Shown one piece after another: positions 9,677 through 16,653 of a stretch of 32,000 bases of DNA. Location of the stretch: positions 4,530,001 to 4,562,000 of the forward strand of contig NC_009664.2 in the NCBI RefSeq assembly GCF_000017305.1, written 5' to 3'. The notes below the pieces were generated by a model. The model ran no database searches. It saw only the letters and a program-made list of their open reading frames with translations, and had not been told where the DNA came from. The DNA is from Kineococcus radiotolerans SRS30216 = ATCC BAA-149. Its GTDB lineage: Bacteria > Actinomycetota > Actinomycetes > Actinomycetales > Kineococcaceae. Position numbers and translations under genes: made by a program. Every line of letters starts with the position of its first letter. Position 1 is the first letter of the stretch.

Positions 9677-10723
9677 GTGCGCGCAGTCCAGTACCGGACC
9701 ATCGGAGCAGCACCGGAGGTCGTGGACATCGACAAGCCGACACCGGGCCCCGGGCAGGTGCTCCTGGAGGTGACCGCCGCCGGCATCTGCCACTCCGACG
9801 ACTTCGTCATGAACCTGCCCGCGGACCAGTACACCTACGGCCTGCCCCTCACCTTGGGCCACGAGGGCGCCGGGCGTGTCGCCGAACTCGGCCCGGGCAC
9901 CACGGGCATCGACATCTGCACCGACGTCGTCGTCTACGGTCCGTGGGGCTGCGGCACATGCCACGCCTGTGCGCAGGGCAAGGAGAACTACTGCTCGCGC
10001 GCGGCGGAGCTGGGCATCAACCCGCCCGGACTGGGTGCCCCCGGGGCGCTGGCCGAGTTCATGATCGTCGACTCCCCGCGTCACCTGGTGCCGATCGGCG
10101 ACCTCGACCCGGTGGCGACCGTGCCGCTGACCGACGCCGGCCTCACCCCCTACCACGCGATCAAGCGCTCGCTGCCGAAGCTGCGCGCGGGCTCGACCGC
10201 GGTCGTCATCGGCACCGGTGGCCTGGGTCACCTCGCCATCCAGATCCTGCGCGCACTCTCCCCCGCCCGCGTCCTCGCCCTCGACGTCACCGAGGAGAAG
10301 CTCGCGCTGGCCACCGCCGTCGGCGCCCACGACGTCGTCCTCTCCGACGCCGACGCGGCCGCGAACGTGCGCAAGGCGCTGGGTGGGCGCGGAGCCGACC
10401 TCGTCCTGGACTTCGTCGGCGCCCAGCCCACGATCGACACCGCGATGGCGGTGGCCGGGGTGGAGTCCGACGTCACCATCGTCGGGATCTCCAGCAAGCC
10501 CGCCGCCGCGCAGGTCGGCTTCTTCCGCCAGGCCTACGAGGCGTCGGTGACCGTCCCGTACTGGGGTTCGCGCGGTGAGCTCATCGAGCTGATCGACCTC
10601 GCCCACCAGGGCGTGTTCGACGTGCACACCGAGACGTTCGCGATGGCTGAGGCCCCCACGGCGTACGAGCGTCTCGCCGCGGGGACCCTGGCTGGGCGCG
10701 CGGTCGTCGTCCCCTCGCTCTGA
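9677..10723 (+). CDS. zinc-type NAD(P)-dependent alcohol dehydrogenase (MDR family)
   Basis: 348 aa with GICHSD, GHEGAGRVAELG, structural-zinc cysteines (GCGTCHACAQGKENYC) and the VIGTGGLGHLAIQ Rossmann motif. Confidence 0.9.
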   Translation: MRAVQYRTIGAAPEVVDIDKPTPGPGQVLLEVTAAGICHSDDFVMNLPADQYTYGLPLTLGHEGAGRVAELGPGTTGIDICTDVVVYGPWGCGTCHACAQGKENYCSRAAELGINPPGLGAPGALAEFMIVDSPRHLVPIGDLDPVATVPLTDAGLTPYHAIKRSLPKLRAGSTAVVIGTGGLGHLAIQILRALSPARVLALDVTEEKLALATAVGAHDVVLSDADAAANVRKALGGRGADLVLDFVGAQPTIDTAMAVAGVESDVTIVGISSKPAAAQVGFFRQAYEASVTVPYWGSRGELIELIDLAHQGVFDVHTETFAMAEAPTAYERLAAGTLAGRAVVVPSL

Positions 10724-10761
10724 CCCGTTTCTGACCCTCGAACTTCTTGGCCCCCTGGCAC

Positions 10762-10814
10762 CCTTCGTGGCCGTGGTCCCATAGGTACGGTTCGTGAGAC
10801 CACGGCCAGGAAGG
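10762..10814 (+). terminator. 17-bp inverted repeat (1 mismatch) with a 19-nt loop, 39 nt after the adh stop
   Basis: ccttcgtggccgtggtc (10762-10778) pairs with gaccacggccaggaagg (10798-10814). It could be a terminator. It also sits at the left edge of the repeat-punctuated locus. Confidence 0.4.
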
Positions 10815-10957
10815 GCCCACCGGACGTCCTGTGGGCGTGCTGATGAGGACAGCGGGGTGACGCACTTGAAGTCCGGACATCGACAGTATGCGAGTGATCA
10901 TCGTGCTCAGCTTTCCTTCGACATGAGCGTGACCACGCCGCCGCTGGCCATCAGCGG

Positions 10958-10990
10958 CCGCCCATATCGCGGGATGACCGGAAGGTCATG
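10958..10990 (+). repeat. Array element copy 1 (variant): ccgcccatatCGCGGGATGACCGgaaggtcat
   Basis: Shares ccgccc-N-tatcgcgggatgaccg with copy 7. In this copy the core is extended into a perfect palindrome, ATGACC-ggaa-GGTCAT (10974-10989), flanked by cgcgg/ccgcg. Confidence 0.85.
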
Positions 10991-11299
10991 GTCACCGCGG
11001 TCGAAGTCTGCCAGCATCAGGAGATGAGCACCGAGCAGGCCCAGAAGGCATCCCCCGACAAGCAGGGGCGCTTCAGCTTCGTGTCCTGCATCGGCGCCGT
11101 GTTCATGTTCCTCGCGGTCGTGTTGCTCGTGAAGGCAGGCACCACACGTGACGTGGTGGGGAGCTGCATCGTCCTCGTGGTGGGCGCGGACCTGATGCTG
11201 CCTCGGGGGGAGCAGAGTGGTCGTGTGGTGCGAGTAGCGAGGACGGTGCTCCTCGTGGTGGGGCTGACCCTGGTGGCCGTAGAGATCGCTGTGCTGTGA
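10988..11299 (+). CDS. small hypothetical membrane protein (about 3 TM)
   Basis: 103 aa (or 91 aa from ATG 11024) with hydrophobic segments VSCIGAVFMFLAVVLLV, VVGSCIVLVVGADLML and VLLVVGLTLVAVEIAVL. Codon third positions are mostly G/C. Its 3' 160 nt recur, frameshifted, at 15209-15368. Confidence 0.55.
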   Translation: MVTAVEVCQHQEMSTEQAQKASPDKQGRFSFVSCIGAVFMFLAVVLLVKAGTTRDVVGSCIVLVVGADLMLPRGEQSGRVVRVARTVLLVVGLTLVAVEIAVL

Positions 11300-11376
11300 G
11301 CCGGTGCTGTGGCCCGGTGCAGCGAGGAGCGACGTCACGCAGGAGCACGCACAACGCGGGATGACCGTGAAGTTGT
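11139..11376 (+). repeat. Copy A of a ~240-bp direct repeat (3' part of the small membrane gene plus array element copy 2)
   Basis: Matches 15209-15458. The first ~160 nt differ by one G-run indel and one substitution. The next ~50 nt are more diverged, with a 15-nt insertion in copy B. The two copies are then identical through gacgtcacgcaggagcacgcacaacgcgggatgaccgtgaagt. Confidence 0.9.
11347..11376 (+). repeat. Array element copy 2: acgcacaaCGCGGGATGACCGTGAagttgt
   Basis: Direct reading. acaac/gttgt form a 5-bp stem around the core. It lies 48 nt after the stop of the 10988..11299 ORF. Confidence 0.9.
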
Positions 11377-11442
11377 CAGGGGTTTGAGCGGACCAAGCGT
11401 CGCGTTCCGCGGCCTGTCGAGACTTGTCGTCTGTGAGGACGG

Positions 11443-11985
11443 CTACTCGTTGAAGCCATCGGCCTCGAGGACCGGTTCGCGCCAGGTCCAGGCCAGGGCA
11501 GCGGCGGGCAGCATGGTGGCGGTGAGGAACGAGGCGACGAGCAACGTCGTCCAGCCCCCGGTCTCGACGATCTGCACGCCCGCCTCGTCTGCCAGGAGGT
11601 TGTCGAGGACCGCAAGGACTGCCAGCGCGCCCAGCAGCAGCAGGGTGAGGCGGAAGCCGCGTCGGTAAGCATGGTCGCGGTCGCTGATCTCGCGTTCGTC
11701 GAGCAGGTTCTCCGGTGCGTCGTCCAGCATCCGCGTCGCGCGGCGCAGCACGGCCAAGGCGTAGCTGGCCGGGGCGATGGCAAATGCGACCAGCCCCGGG
11801 TCGAAGTCGCCGACGGTAGCGGCCAGGACACCAAAGGCGAAGGTGGCCGCGGGGAGCAGGGCGAGGGCGCGGCGGGCGGTGCGAGTGGCCAGCCACGCCG
11901 GCAGTGGCTGCTGGCGTTGTTCCTGGAGTCGGGCGTGGGTAGCGGCGCGTCGGTGCGCACGGTATTCGGTCCCGATGGGGTTCAT
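11443..11985 (-). CDS. hypothetical membrane protein, partner of the XRE regulator
   Basis: 180 aa with about 4 TM segments (ALALLPAATFAFGVLAATV, LVAFAIAPASYALAVL, LTLLLLGALAVLAVL, TTLLVASFLTATMLPAAALAW). Its ATG overlaps the stop of the upstream HTH gene (ATGA at 11982-11985). Confidence 0.7.
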   Translation of the reverse strand: MNPIGTEYRAHRRAATHARLQEQRQQPLPAWLATRTARRALALLPAATFAFGVLAATVGDFDPGLVAFAIAPASYALAVLRRATRMLDDAPENLLDEREISDRDHAYRRGFRLTLLLLGALAVLAVLDNLLADEAGVQIVETGGWTTLLVASFLTATMLPAAALAWTWREPVLEADGFNE

Positions 11986-12332
11986 GTGCTGGCTCCTGCC
12001 TGGGCGGGCGTGGTCGTCGGTGCCTCAGCGGGCGCCGTGGGGGATGTGGGGGCGGGGTAGAGCTGCGCTGACATGGGCGGGAAGGGGGTGAGGGAGAAGA
12101 GCGCCTCCACGGGTAGGCCGAAGTGGCCGGCCAGGCGCAGGGCGAGTTCGACGGAGGGGCCGTAATCGCCGCGTTCGAGGAAGCCGATGGTCTGAACGTT
12201 GACGCCGACCGCTTCGGCCAGCTGGCGGCGGGTGATGCCGCGTTCGGCGCGCAGCACCGCGAGGCGGTTGTGCAGGTGCTTCGCGCCTGCCGACTCCTTC
12301 GCCTTGTTCACCACCCCCCCATGTTGCGTCAT
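11982..12332 (-). CDS. XRE/Cro-C1 family helix-turn-helix transcriptional regulator (small y4mF/YozG-like type)
   Basis: NRLAVLRAERGITRRQLAEAVGVNVQTIGFLERGDYGPSVELALRLAGHFGLPVEALF is a textbook HTH_XRE domain. I place the start at ATG 12332 (MTQHGG...). The track ORF extends to 12407 through a low-complexity S/T stretch. Confidence 0.8.
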   Translation of the reverse strand: MTQHGGVVNKAKESAGAKHLHNRLAVLRAERGITRRQLAEAVGVNVQTIGFLERGDYGPSVELALRLAGHFGLPVEALFSLTPFPPMSAQLYPAPTSPTAPAEAPTTTPAQAGAST

Positions 12333-12455
12333 CGCAACACAGAGCGCAAGAGAGGCAATGGAGGTGGCGGACGAGGTGGTGCTGGATGACCCTGCGGACA
12401 TCGACATGAGCGCGACGGCGCGGCCATCGCCATGTGCGTGTGTCGGGCGCCGGGG

Positions 12456-13307
12456 TCAGTCCGCCCTGGTCCCGGTCTGCCGGTAGCGACCGGCGATCTG
12501 GCCGCCTCGAGAACTGGCGCGCAGCGTGCCTTCGGCGGCGGTCAACGCCTCCACCGCAGCCGGGTCCTCGAGCCCGGGCACGCACATCGTCTCGCCGTCG
12601 CGAAGCGCCGACAGCGAGGCCTCGACGACGTCTTCGGGTGGCATGCCGCCGTCGTCGTGGACCTTCTCCTCGCCAGGGACGGGCAGGTCGCCTCTGGTGA
12701 GGTGGAATTCGGTGGCGGTCAGTCCTGGGCACACGACCTGCACGCTCACCGGGGACCCGGCCAGTTCGGCGGCGAGGGTACGGGTGAACGTCACGACGTA
12801 GCCCTTGGTGCCGCCGTACACGGCGCGGTGGGGGAGTGGGTCCGGCGGCAGGCTCCCGGCGAACGCCAGCAGCGAGGCCACGCTGATGACGGCGCCGCGC
12901 CCGCGCGTCAGCATTCCGGGCACGGCGGCCCGGGTCAGCACCGTCAGGGCGGTGACGTTGACGGCCAGCACCTGGGTCAGCAGGTCGGCTTCGGTCTGCG
13001 CGAACGGGCCGTAGCCGTTGATGCCCGCGTTGTTGACCAGGAGGTCCACATCGACGGCACGTGCGGCGACCCGGGTCAGGTCGCTGGCCTGGGATAGGTC
13101 GGCGGTGAGGGTCTGCACCGTGACGCCGTGCTCGTCGCGCAGCGCGGCGGCAAGCTGCTCCAGGCGGTCGCCTCGGCGAGCGACGAGGACGAGACCCCAA
13201 CCCCGTTCGGCGAGCTGGCGGGCGTACACGGCGCCGATTCCGGAGGAGGCGCCGGTGATCAGGGCGGTCCCGGTGGTCTTGGTGGTGTCGAGTGCCATGC
13301 CGTCCAT
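12456..13307 (-). CDS. SDR family oxidoreductase (classical short-chain dehydrogenase)
   Basis: TALITGASSGIGAVYARQLAERG (TGxxxGxG), LLVNNAGI (NNAG) and a YGGTK active-site motif (YxxxK). The start is taken at ATG 13307, with GGAG 4 nt upstream. The track ORF starts at TTG 13385. Confidence 0.85.
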   Translation of the reverse strand: MDGMALDTTKTTGTALITGASSGIGAVYARQLAERGWGLVLVARRGDRLEQLAAALRDEHGVTVQTLTADLSQASDLTRVAARAVDVDLLVNNAGINGYGPFAQTEADLLTQVLAVNVTALTVLTRAAVPGMLTRGRGAVISVASLLAFAGSLPPDPLPHRAVYGGTKGYVVTFTRTLAAELAGSPVSVQVVCPGLTATEFHLTRGDLPVPGEEKVHDDGGMPPEDVVEASLSALRDGETMCVPGLEDPAAVEALTAAEGTLRASSRGGQIAGRYRQTGTRAD

Positions 13308-13592
13308 GGTGCTCCGGCCGCTGGGCGCGGCACGCCAGGACCTGGCCGCGCGTTGGGTGGCGATCGACTGCCCGGTGCGAGGCAAGGATGGTCACCTCCT
13401 GTCGCATCGACCACCGCCCGTAAGCCGAGACCCTCACCATCGAACGCGGCCTCGCTCGATGACCCGCAGCGCCTTGCCGGCGCGCCGTTCCAAGACGAGC
13501 TCGAGCTGCGACCGGTCACGGCGAAACGCGGCGGCGTGGCGAGTTCTCGTTTGACGGCCAAGCTGTCGTCCCGAGGATCCCGCACTGATCTC

Positions 13593-13610
13593 GGCACGAC
13601 CGTGACGTCG
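13593..13610 (+). repeat. Degenerate partial copy of the array element (ggcacGACCGTGAcgtcg)
   Basis: Lies 17 nt upstream of copy 3 and shares gaccgtgacgtcg with it, giving a local tandem duplication of the right half of the core. Confidence 0.6.
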
Positions 13611-13626
13611 CGGGGCGTCAGCCACA

Positions 13627-13655
13627 GCGCACAACGCGGGATGACCGTGACGTCG
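13627..13655 (+). repeat. Array element copy 3: gcgcacaaCGCGGGATGACCGTGAcgtcg
   Basis: Direct reading. cacaacg/cgtcgtg form a 7-bp stem (1 mismatch) around the core. Confidence 0.9.
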
Positions 13656-13692
13656 TGGGCAATGCCTTCTCCTGCGATGGCAGCAGCGGCCG

Positions 13693-14892
13693 TTACGGAA
13701 CCCCGGGCCAGCTCAGCAGCCGCTCCACAGCCTGACGTGGACGGGTCGGGATCGACACGCCCACGTTCTGCCCGTCGGCTCGGATCCAGTAGATGCCGGT
13801 CACCTCATCTTCAAGATGGGTGACCTGAGCCAGAACATCCCCGATGCGCACGACGGTCCAGCCGCCGGTGGGGTTGCGCAGATCGGTGCCCGCCACGATC
13901 GGCGGGGCGTCCGGCTCGGGTGGGGCTGTGGAGATGGTGGTGACGCCGGCTTGGGTGAGGCGGTGGAACGGCACAGTGTGCAGGTCGACCCCGGCGGGGA
14001 CGAGGAGCAGGTAGCGCCGTTGTGGATCGACGTGGCGGCGCAGCCAGACGCGTTCCTCACCCGAGGCGGGTTGTGGGCAGGGGCCGGTGAACGAAGCCTC
14101 GTCAGGGTCGATGTCCACGCCATCGCTCAGGACGCCGGGGGCGCCCCACATACCCAGGGTCTCGTAGCGGAACTCACGGGCGATGGGTCGCAAGTGCTCC
14201 AGAACCGCGGCGACGTGCTCGCTCAGGGGCAGGCCGGCTAGGGGGGCGGGGCGGGCTGCGGCGGCGCGGGCCACCGCCTCCTCTTCGATGCGGGCCGGCC
14301 ACAACGGGAGCTCGGTGTCCTGTGGCGGATCCGGCGCGGTGGGCCAGTCCGTGAGCACGCCGACGTCGCGGTACGTCCATCGCGCGGAAGGCCGCCCGTC
14401 GGGCAGGCGGGGGTCGAGCCACTCCAGGTGGGCTTGGCTGGAGCGGCTGATGGCGGCGAGGACGTGGGCGGTGGTGGGTCGGTCCATGTCCCCGAGGGTG
14501 GCGCCGAGGTCGACGGGGACGGCGGAGGCCAGGGCGGCGGCGATGCGCAGGACGCCTCGGTGGTGGCGGGCGTGGGGGAGGTCGGCGGGCAGCGGGCCTG
14601 GTGGGGCGTTGGGGTCGATGGCGGCGATGGCTTCGGCCCAGCGCAGGGTGGCGCGGGGGGTGCCGTCGGGGTGAGTGTCGAGGTCGAGGAAGCCAGCAGC
14701 GTCGAGGGTGGTGAGCCAGTCCCCGGTGCGGTGCAGCAGTTCGACGGCGACGGCGGGTGGGCCCAGCTCGATCCAGGCCATGGTGAGGACGTCGGTGAGT
14801 TGGCTGGAGGTCAGCGTCGAACCCGTCACGGGGGTGAGTCTCGGAGTGGACGGGTGGATGAGGAGGGGCTGGGCCCATCCAGTCATCGTCAT
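13693..14892 (-). CDS. hypothetical protein (399 aa, no domain recognised)
   Basis: Long ORF with ordinary amino-acid composition (W/L/T/D/P mix). The overlapping + strand ORFs are G/D/E/R-rich antisense-type. It occupies an entire module between element copies 3 and 4. No TM segment or signal peptide is seen. Confidence 0.65.
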   Translation of the reverse strand: MTMTGWAQPLLIHPSTPRLTPVTGSTLTSSQLTDVLTMAWIELGPPAVAVELLHRTGDWLTTLDAAGFLDLDTHPDGTPRATLRWAEAIAAIDPNAPPGPLPADLPHARHHRGVLRIAAALASAVPVDLGATLGDMDRPTTAHVLAAISRSSQAHLEWLDPRLPDGRPSARWTYRDVGVLTDWPTAPDPPQDTELPLWPARIEEEAVARAAAARPAPLAGLPLSEHVAAVLEHLRPIAREFRYETLGMWGAPGVLSDGVDIDPDEASFTGPCPQPASGEERVWLRRHVDPQRRYLLLVPAGVDLHTVPFHRLTQAGVTTISTAPPEPDAPPIVAGTDLRNPTGGWTVVRIGDVLAQVTHLEDEVTGIYWIRADGQNVGVSIPTRPRQAVERLLSWPGVP

Positions 14893-14920
14893 GGTGGGGA
14901 CGCCCCTGACAGCTCAGGAC

Positions 14921-14950
14921 CGCACACAACGCGGGATGACCGTGAAGTCG
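14921..14950 (+). repeat. Array element copy 4: cgcacacaaCGCGGGATGACCGTGAagtcg
   Basis: Direct reading. ccgcacacaacg/cgttgcgg can pair (with a bulge) around the core. It lies 29 nt from the start codon of the 13693..14892 gene. Confidence 0.9.
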
Positions 14951-15028
14951 TCGTTGCGGTGGGGAGGGCCGTCGCCGCATCTTGCAGCGCCGAGCCGGGG
15001 CGCAAGGGAAACGGTGAGTTGAGCTGCC

Positions 15029-15208
15029 TCAGCTGGTGGTGACGGCCACGCCCCACTGCGAGGGGCCGTCGTTGGGGTCAGTGACTTTGAAGGTGGCTTC
15101 GCCGGTGGTCGGGATGAGCTCACCGACGCGGTGGCCCTGCCCGTCGCAGTTGACGGTGACCGTGGTGCCGGCCAGGTCCAGACCGAGGCTCCCGTCGCCG
15201 GTGCAGGC
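15029..15208 (-). pseudogene. 3' remnant of a small Cys-containing, beta-rich (probably secreted) protein
   Basis: ...ACTGDGSLGLDLAGTTVTVNCDGQGHRVGELIPTTGEATFKVTDPNDGPSQWGVAVTTS* has strong G/C third-position bias. Upstream, this frame runs into the antisense of the duplicated membrane-gene segment (H/Q/P-rich, poor GC3). No plausible N-terminus or signal peptide remains. Confidence 0.4.
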
Positions 15209-15458
15209 GGCACCACACGTGACGTGGTGGGGAGCTGCATCGTCCTCGTGGTGGGCGCGGACCTGATGCTGCCTCGGGGGAGCAGAGTGGTCGTGTGGTG
15301 CAAGTAGCGAGGACGGTGCTCCTCGTGGTGGGGCTGACCCTGGTGGCCGTAGAGATCGCTGTGCTGTGACCTGATGCTGTGACCCGGTGGTGGGGGCCGG
15401 TGCAGCAAGGAGCGACGTCACGCAGGAGCACGCACAACGCGGGATGACCGTGAAGTCG
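15209..15458 (+). repeat. Copy B of the ~240-bp direct repeat (frameshifted 3' fragment of the small membrane gene plus array element copy 5)
   Basis: See copy A. The G6 run at 11205-11210 is G5 here (15276-15280), which shifts the frame to a premature TAG at 15305-15307. The 5' third of the gene is missing, replaced by the unrelated remnant at 15029-15208. Confidence 0.9.
15430..15458 (+). repeat. Array element copy 5: acgcacaaCGCGGGATGACCGTGAagtcg
   Basis: Direct reading. Identical to copy 2 over gacgtcacgcaggagcacgcacaacgcgggatgaccgtgaagt. Confidence 0.9.
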
Positions 15459-15524
15459 GCGCTCTACGGCTGCAGCCGCGACAAAAGGACGTGGTAGCCG
15501 CAGCTTGTCGGGCACTGTGGAGTC

Positions 15525-16031
15525 GTGCTCGCCAGCTTCTCGGTCGCCGTCGCCATCCGCATGGCTCAGGCCGCCGCTGATCTACCGCGTCCACGGGTAT
15601 CGCTGGTGCCGGCAGCGTCGTATCGCCTCGAGCGGGGCCACGACGAGCGCGAGGTGCTCGACGAGCCGTCCTTCGCGGTGAGTCTGGACCTCGCGGCGCC
15701 ACTGACCTCGCCGCATGAGGCGATCGGCTACCAAGTCTTCGACACCACCTCGCAGTGGGTGTCCCTGGGCGGCACCCTCCTGCTGCTGGACAACGCGATG
15801 GGCTCTGAGCGTTGTGAGCCGCGACCGGCGCGGTTGCGGAGCGAGCAGGACGGGGGTCTGCGCATGCCCTTCGACGGGTGGTGGGTCTTTCCCGACTTCG
15901 CTGACGAGCTGGATGGGCAGGTCGACATCACGGTGCTGACCACCGTGAAGTGGGTCCAAGAGGGCCGCGCCGTGCAGGAGGCTGAGGTGTTGATGGACTT
16001 CACCTTGGCCCTGTTGAACTCACGCCCTTGA
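15525..16031 (+). CDS. hypothetical protein (168 aa, no domain recognised)
   Basis: The ORF has high GC3 and ordinary composition (…GYQVFDTTSQWVSLGGTLLLLDNAMG…FDGWWVFPDFADELDGQVDITVLTTVKWVQEGRAVQEAEVLMDF…). It fills the module between copies 5 and 6, and its stop lies 20 nt before copy 6. The start (GTG 15525) is uncertain. Confidence 0.6.
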   Translation: MLASFSVAVAIRMAQAAADLPRPRVSLVPAASYRLERGHDEREVLDEPSFAVSLDLAAPLTSPHEAIGYQVFDTTSQWVSLGGTLLLLDNAMGSERCEPRPARLRSEQDGGLRMPFDGWWVFPDFADELDGQVDITVLTTVKWVQEGRAVQEAEVLMDFTLALLNSRP

Positions 16032-16050
16032 GTCGGTGGTGGGCGCGGCA

Positions 16051-16082
16051 CCGCCCGCACTGCGGAATGACCGTGAATCCGC
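16051..16082 (+). repeat. Array element copy 6 (diverged): ccgcccgcacTGCGGAATGACCGTGAatccgc
   Basis: Direct reading. gcgga/tccgc form a stem that closes on atgaccgtgaa. Confidence 0.85.
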
Positions 16083-16121
16083 TCGACGAGGTTCCACCCC
16101 TCCTGCACGCGGCATGATGCG

Positions 16122-16574
16122 GTGATGGCGACGACGTCAACCGAGCAAGTACGGCGTGATCCCCGCTACCGCGGGGGACGGCTGTTATCCGCGCTGGCGG
16201 TGCTGGGTCTGTCGGTGGCGGCCTGGCAGGGGTGGGTGAGCTGGTGGGCCGACGATGCCCAGGCGCCGGCCGCGGCGGGGTGGTTCCACCTCGGTGCGGG
16301 TCTAACGCTGGCGGCGGCTGTGGTGCTCGGCAGTGTCCGTCTGGGGGTCCTGCTGCCTGCTGTGGTGGCGACGGTGGTGGTGTGCGCCACCGCGGCGTGG
16401 ACGCTGAAGGACACCGGAGGCCCGTTCTGGATGGTGGGGGTGCTCACCGTGGGTGTCATCGCGGTGATGGTCACTGGGCTGGTCGGGGCGCTGGTGGTGC
16501 TGTTGCGGGCTCGGGCTGATCTGCGGCGCGAGGTCGATGCACCACCCTCCAAAGCACAGCGTGAGCGGGGCTGA
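16122..16574 (+). CDS. hypothetical membrane protein (about 4 TM)
   Basis: 150 aa with LLSALAVLGLSVAAWQGWVSWW, WFHLGAGLTLAAAVVLGSV, LLPAVVATVVVCATAAW and FWMVGVLTVGVIAVMVTGLVGALVVLL. It fills the module between copies 6 and 7. Confidence 0.7.
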   Translation: MMATTSTEQVRRDPRYRGGRLLSALAVLGLSVAAWQGWVSWWADDAQAPAAAGWFHLGAGLTLAAAVVLGSVRLGVLLPAVVATVVVCATAAWTLKDTGGPFWMVGVLTVGVIAVMVTGLVGALVVLLRARADLRREVDAPPSKAQRERG

Positions 16575-16653
16575 CAGCGTTACCGGGAGGTTCTCCGCAG
16601 GAAGCGCCGTCGCGGACTTCGGCAAGACCACAACGTGGTCAGGCCAGTTGAGG

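Noticed and set aside
9281-10627. A 448-aa minus-strand ORF across the adh gene
   Set aside because: It is antisense to an unmistakable Zn-ADH and has a D/G/R/V-rich composition. Only its extreme 3' tail (9281-9560) is mentioned separately, as a weak observation.
12025-13440. A 471-aa Arg/Pro-rich minus-strand ORF spanning the HTH and SDR genes
   Set aside because: It is an alternative frame of two well-supported genes. Its extreme R/P content marks it as an artefact.
13434-13634. A 66-codon minus-strand ORF starting at a TTG inside element copy 3
   Set aside because: It has a TTG start without an RBS, an Arg-rich composition and only moderate GC3. There is nothing to support it beyond being an open frame.
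11139-15458. Diversity-generating retroelement (template and variable repeat) as an explanation for the 240-bp duplicate
   Set aside because: The differences are an indel, a G-to-A change and a block insertion, not adenine-specific substitutions. No reverse transcriptase gene is nearby.
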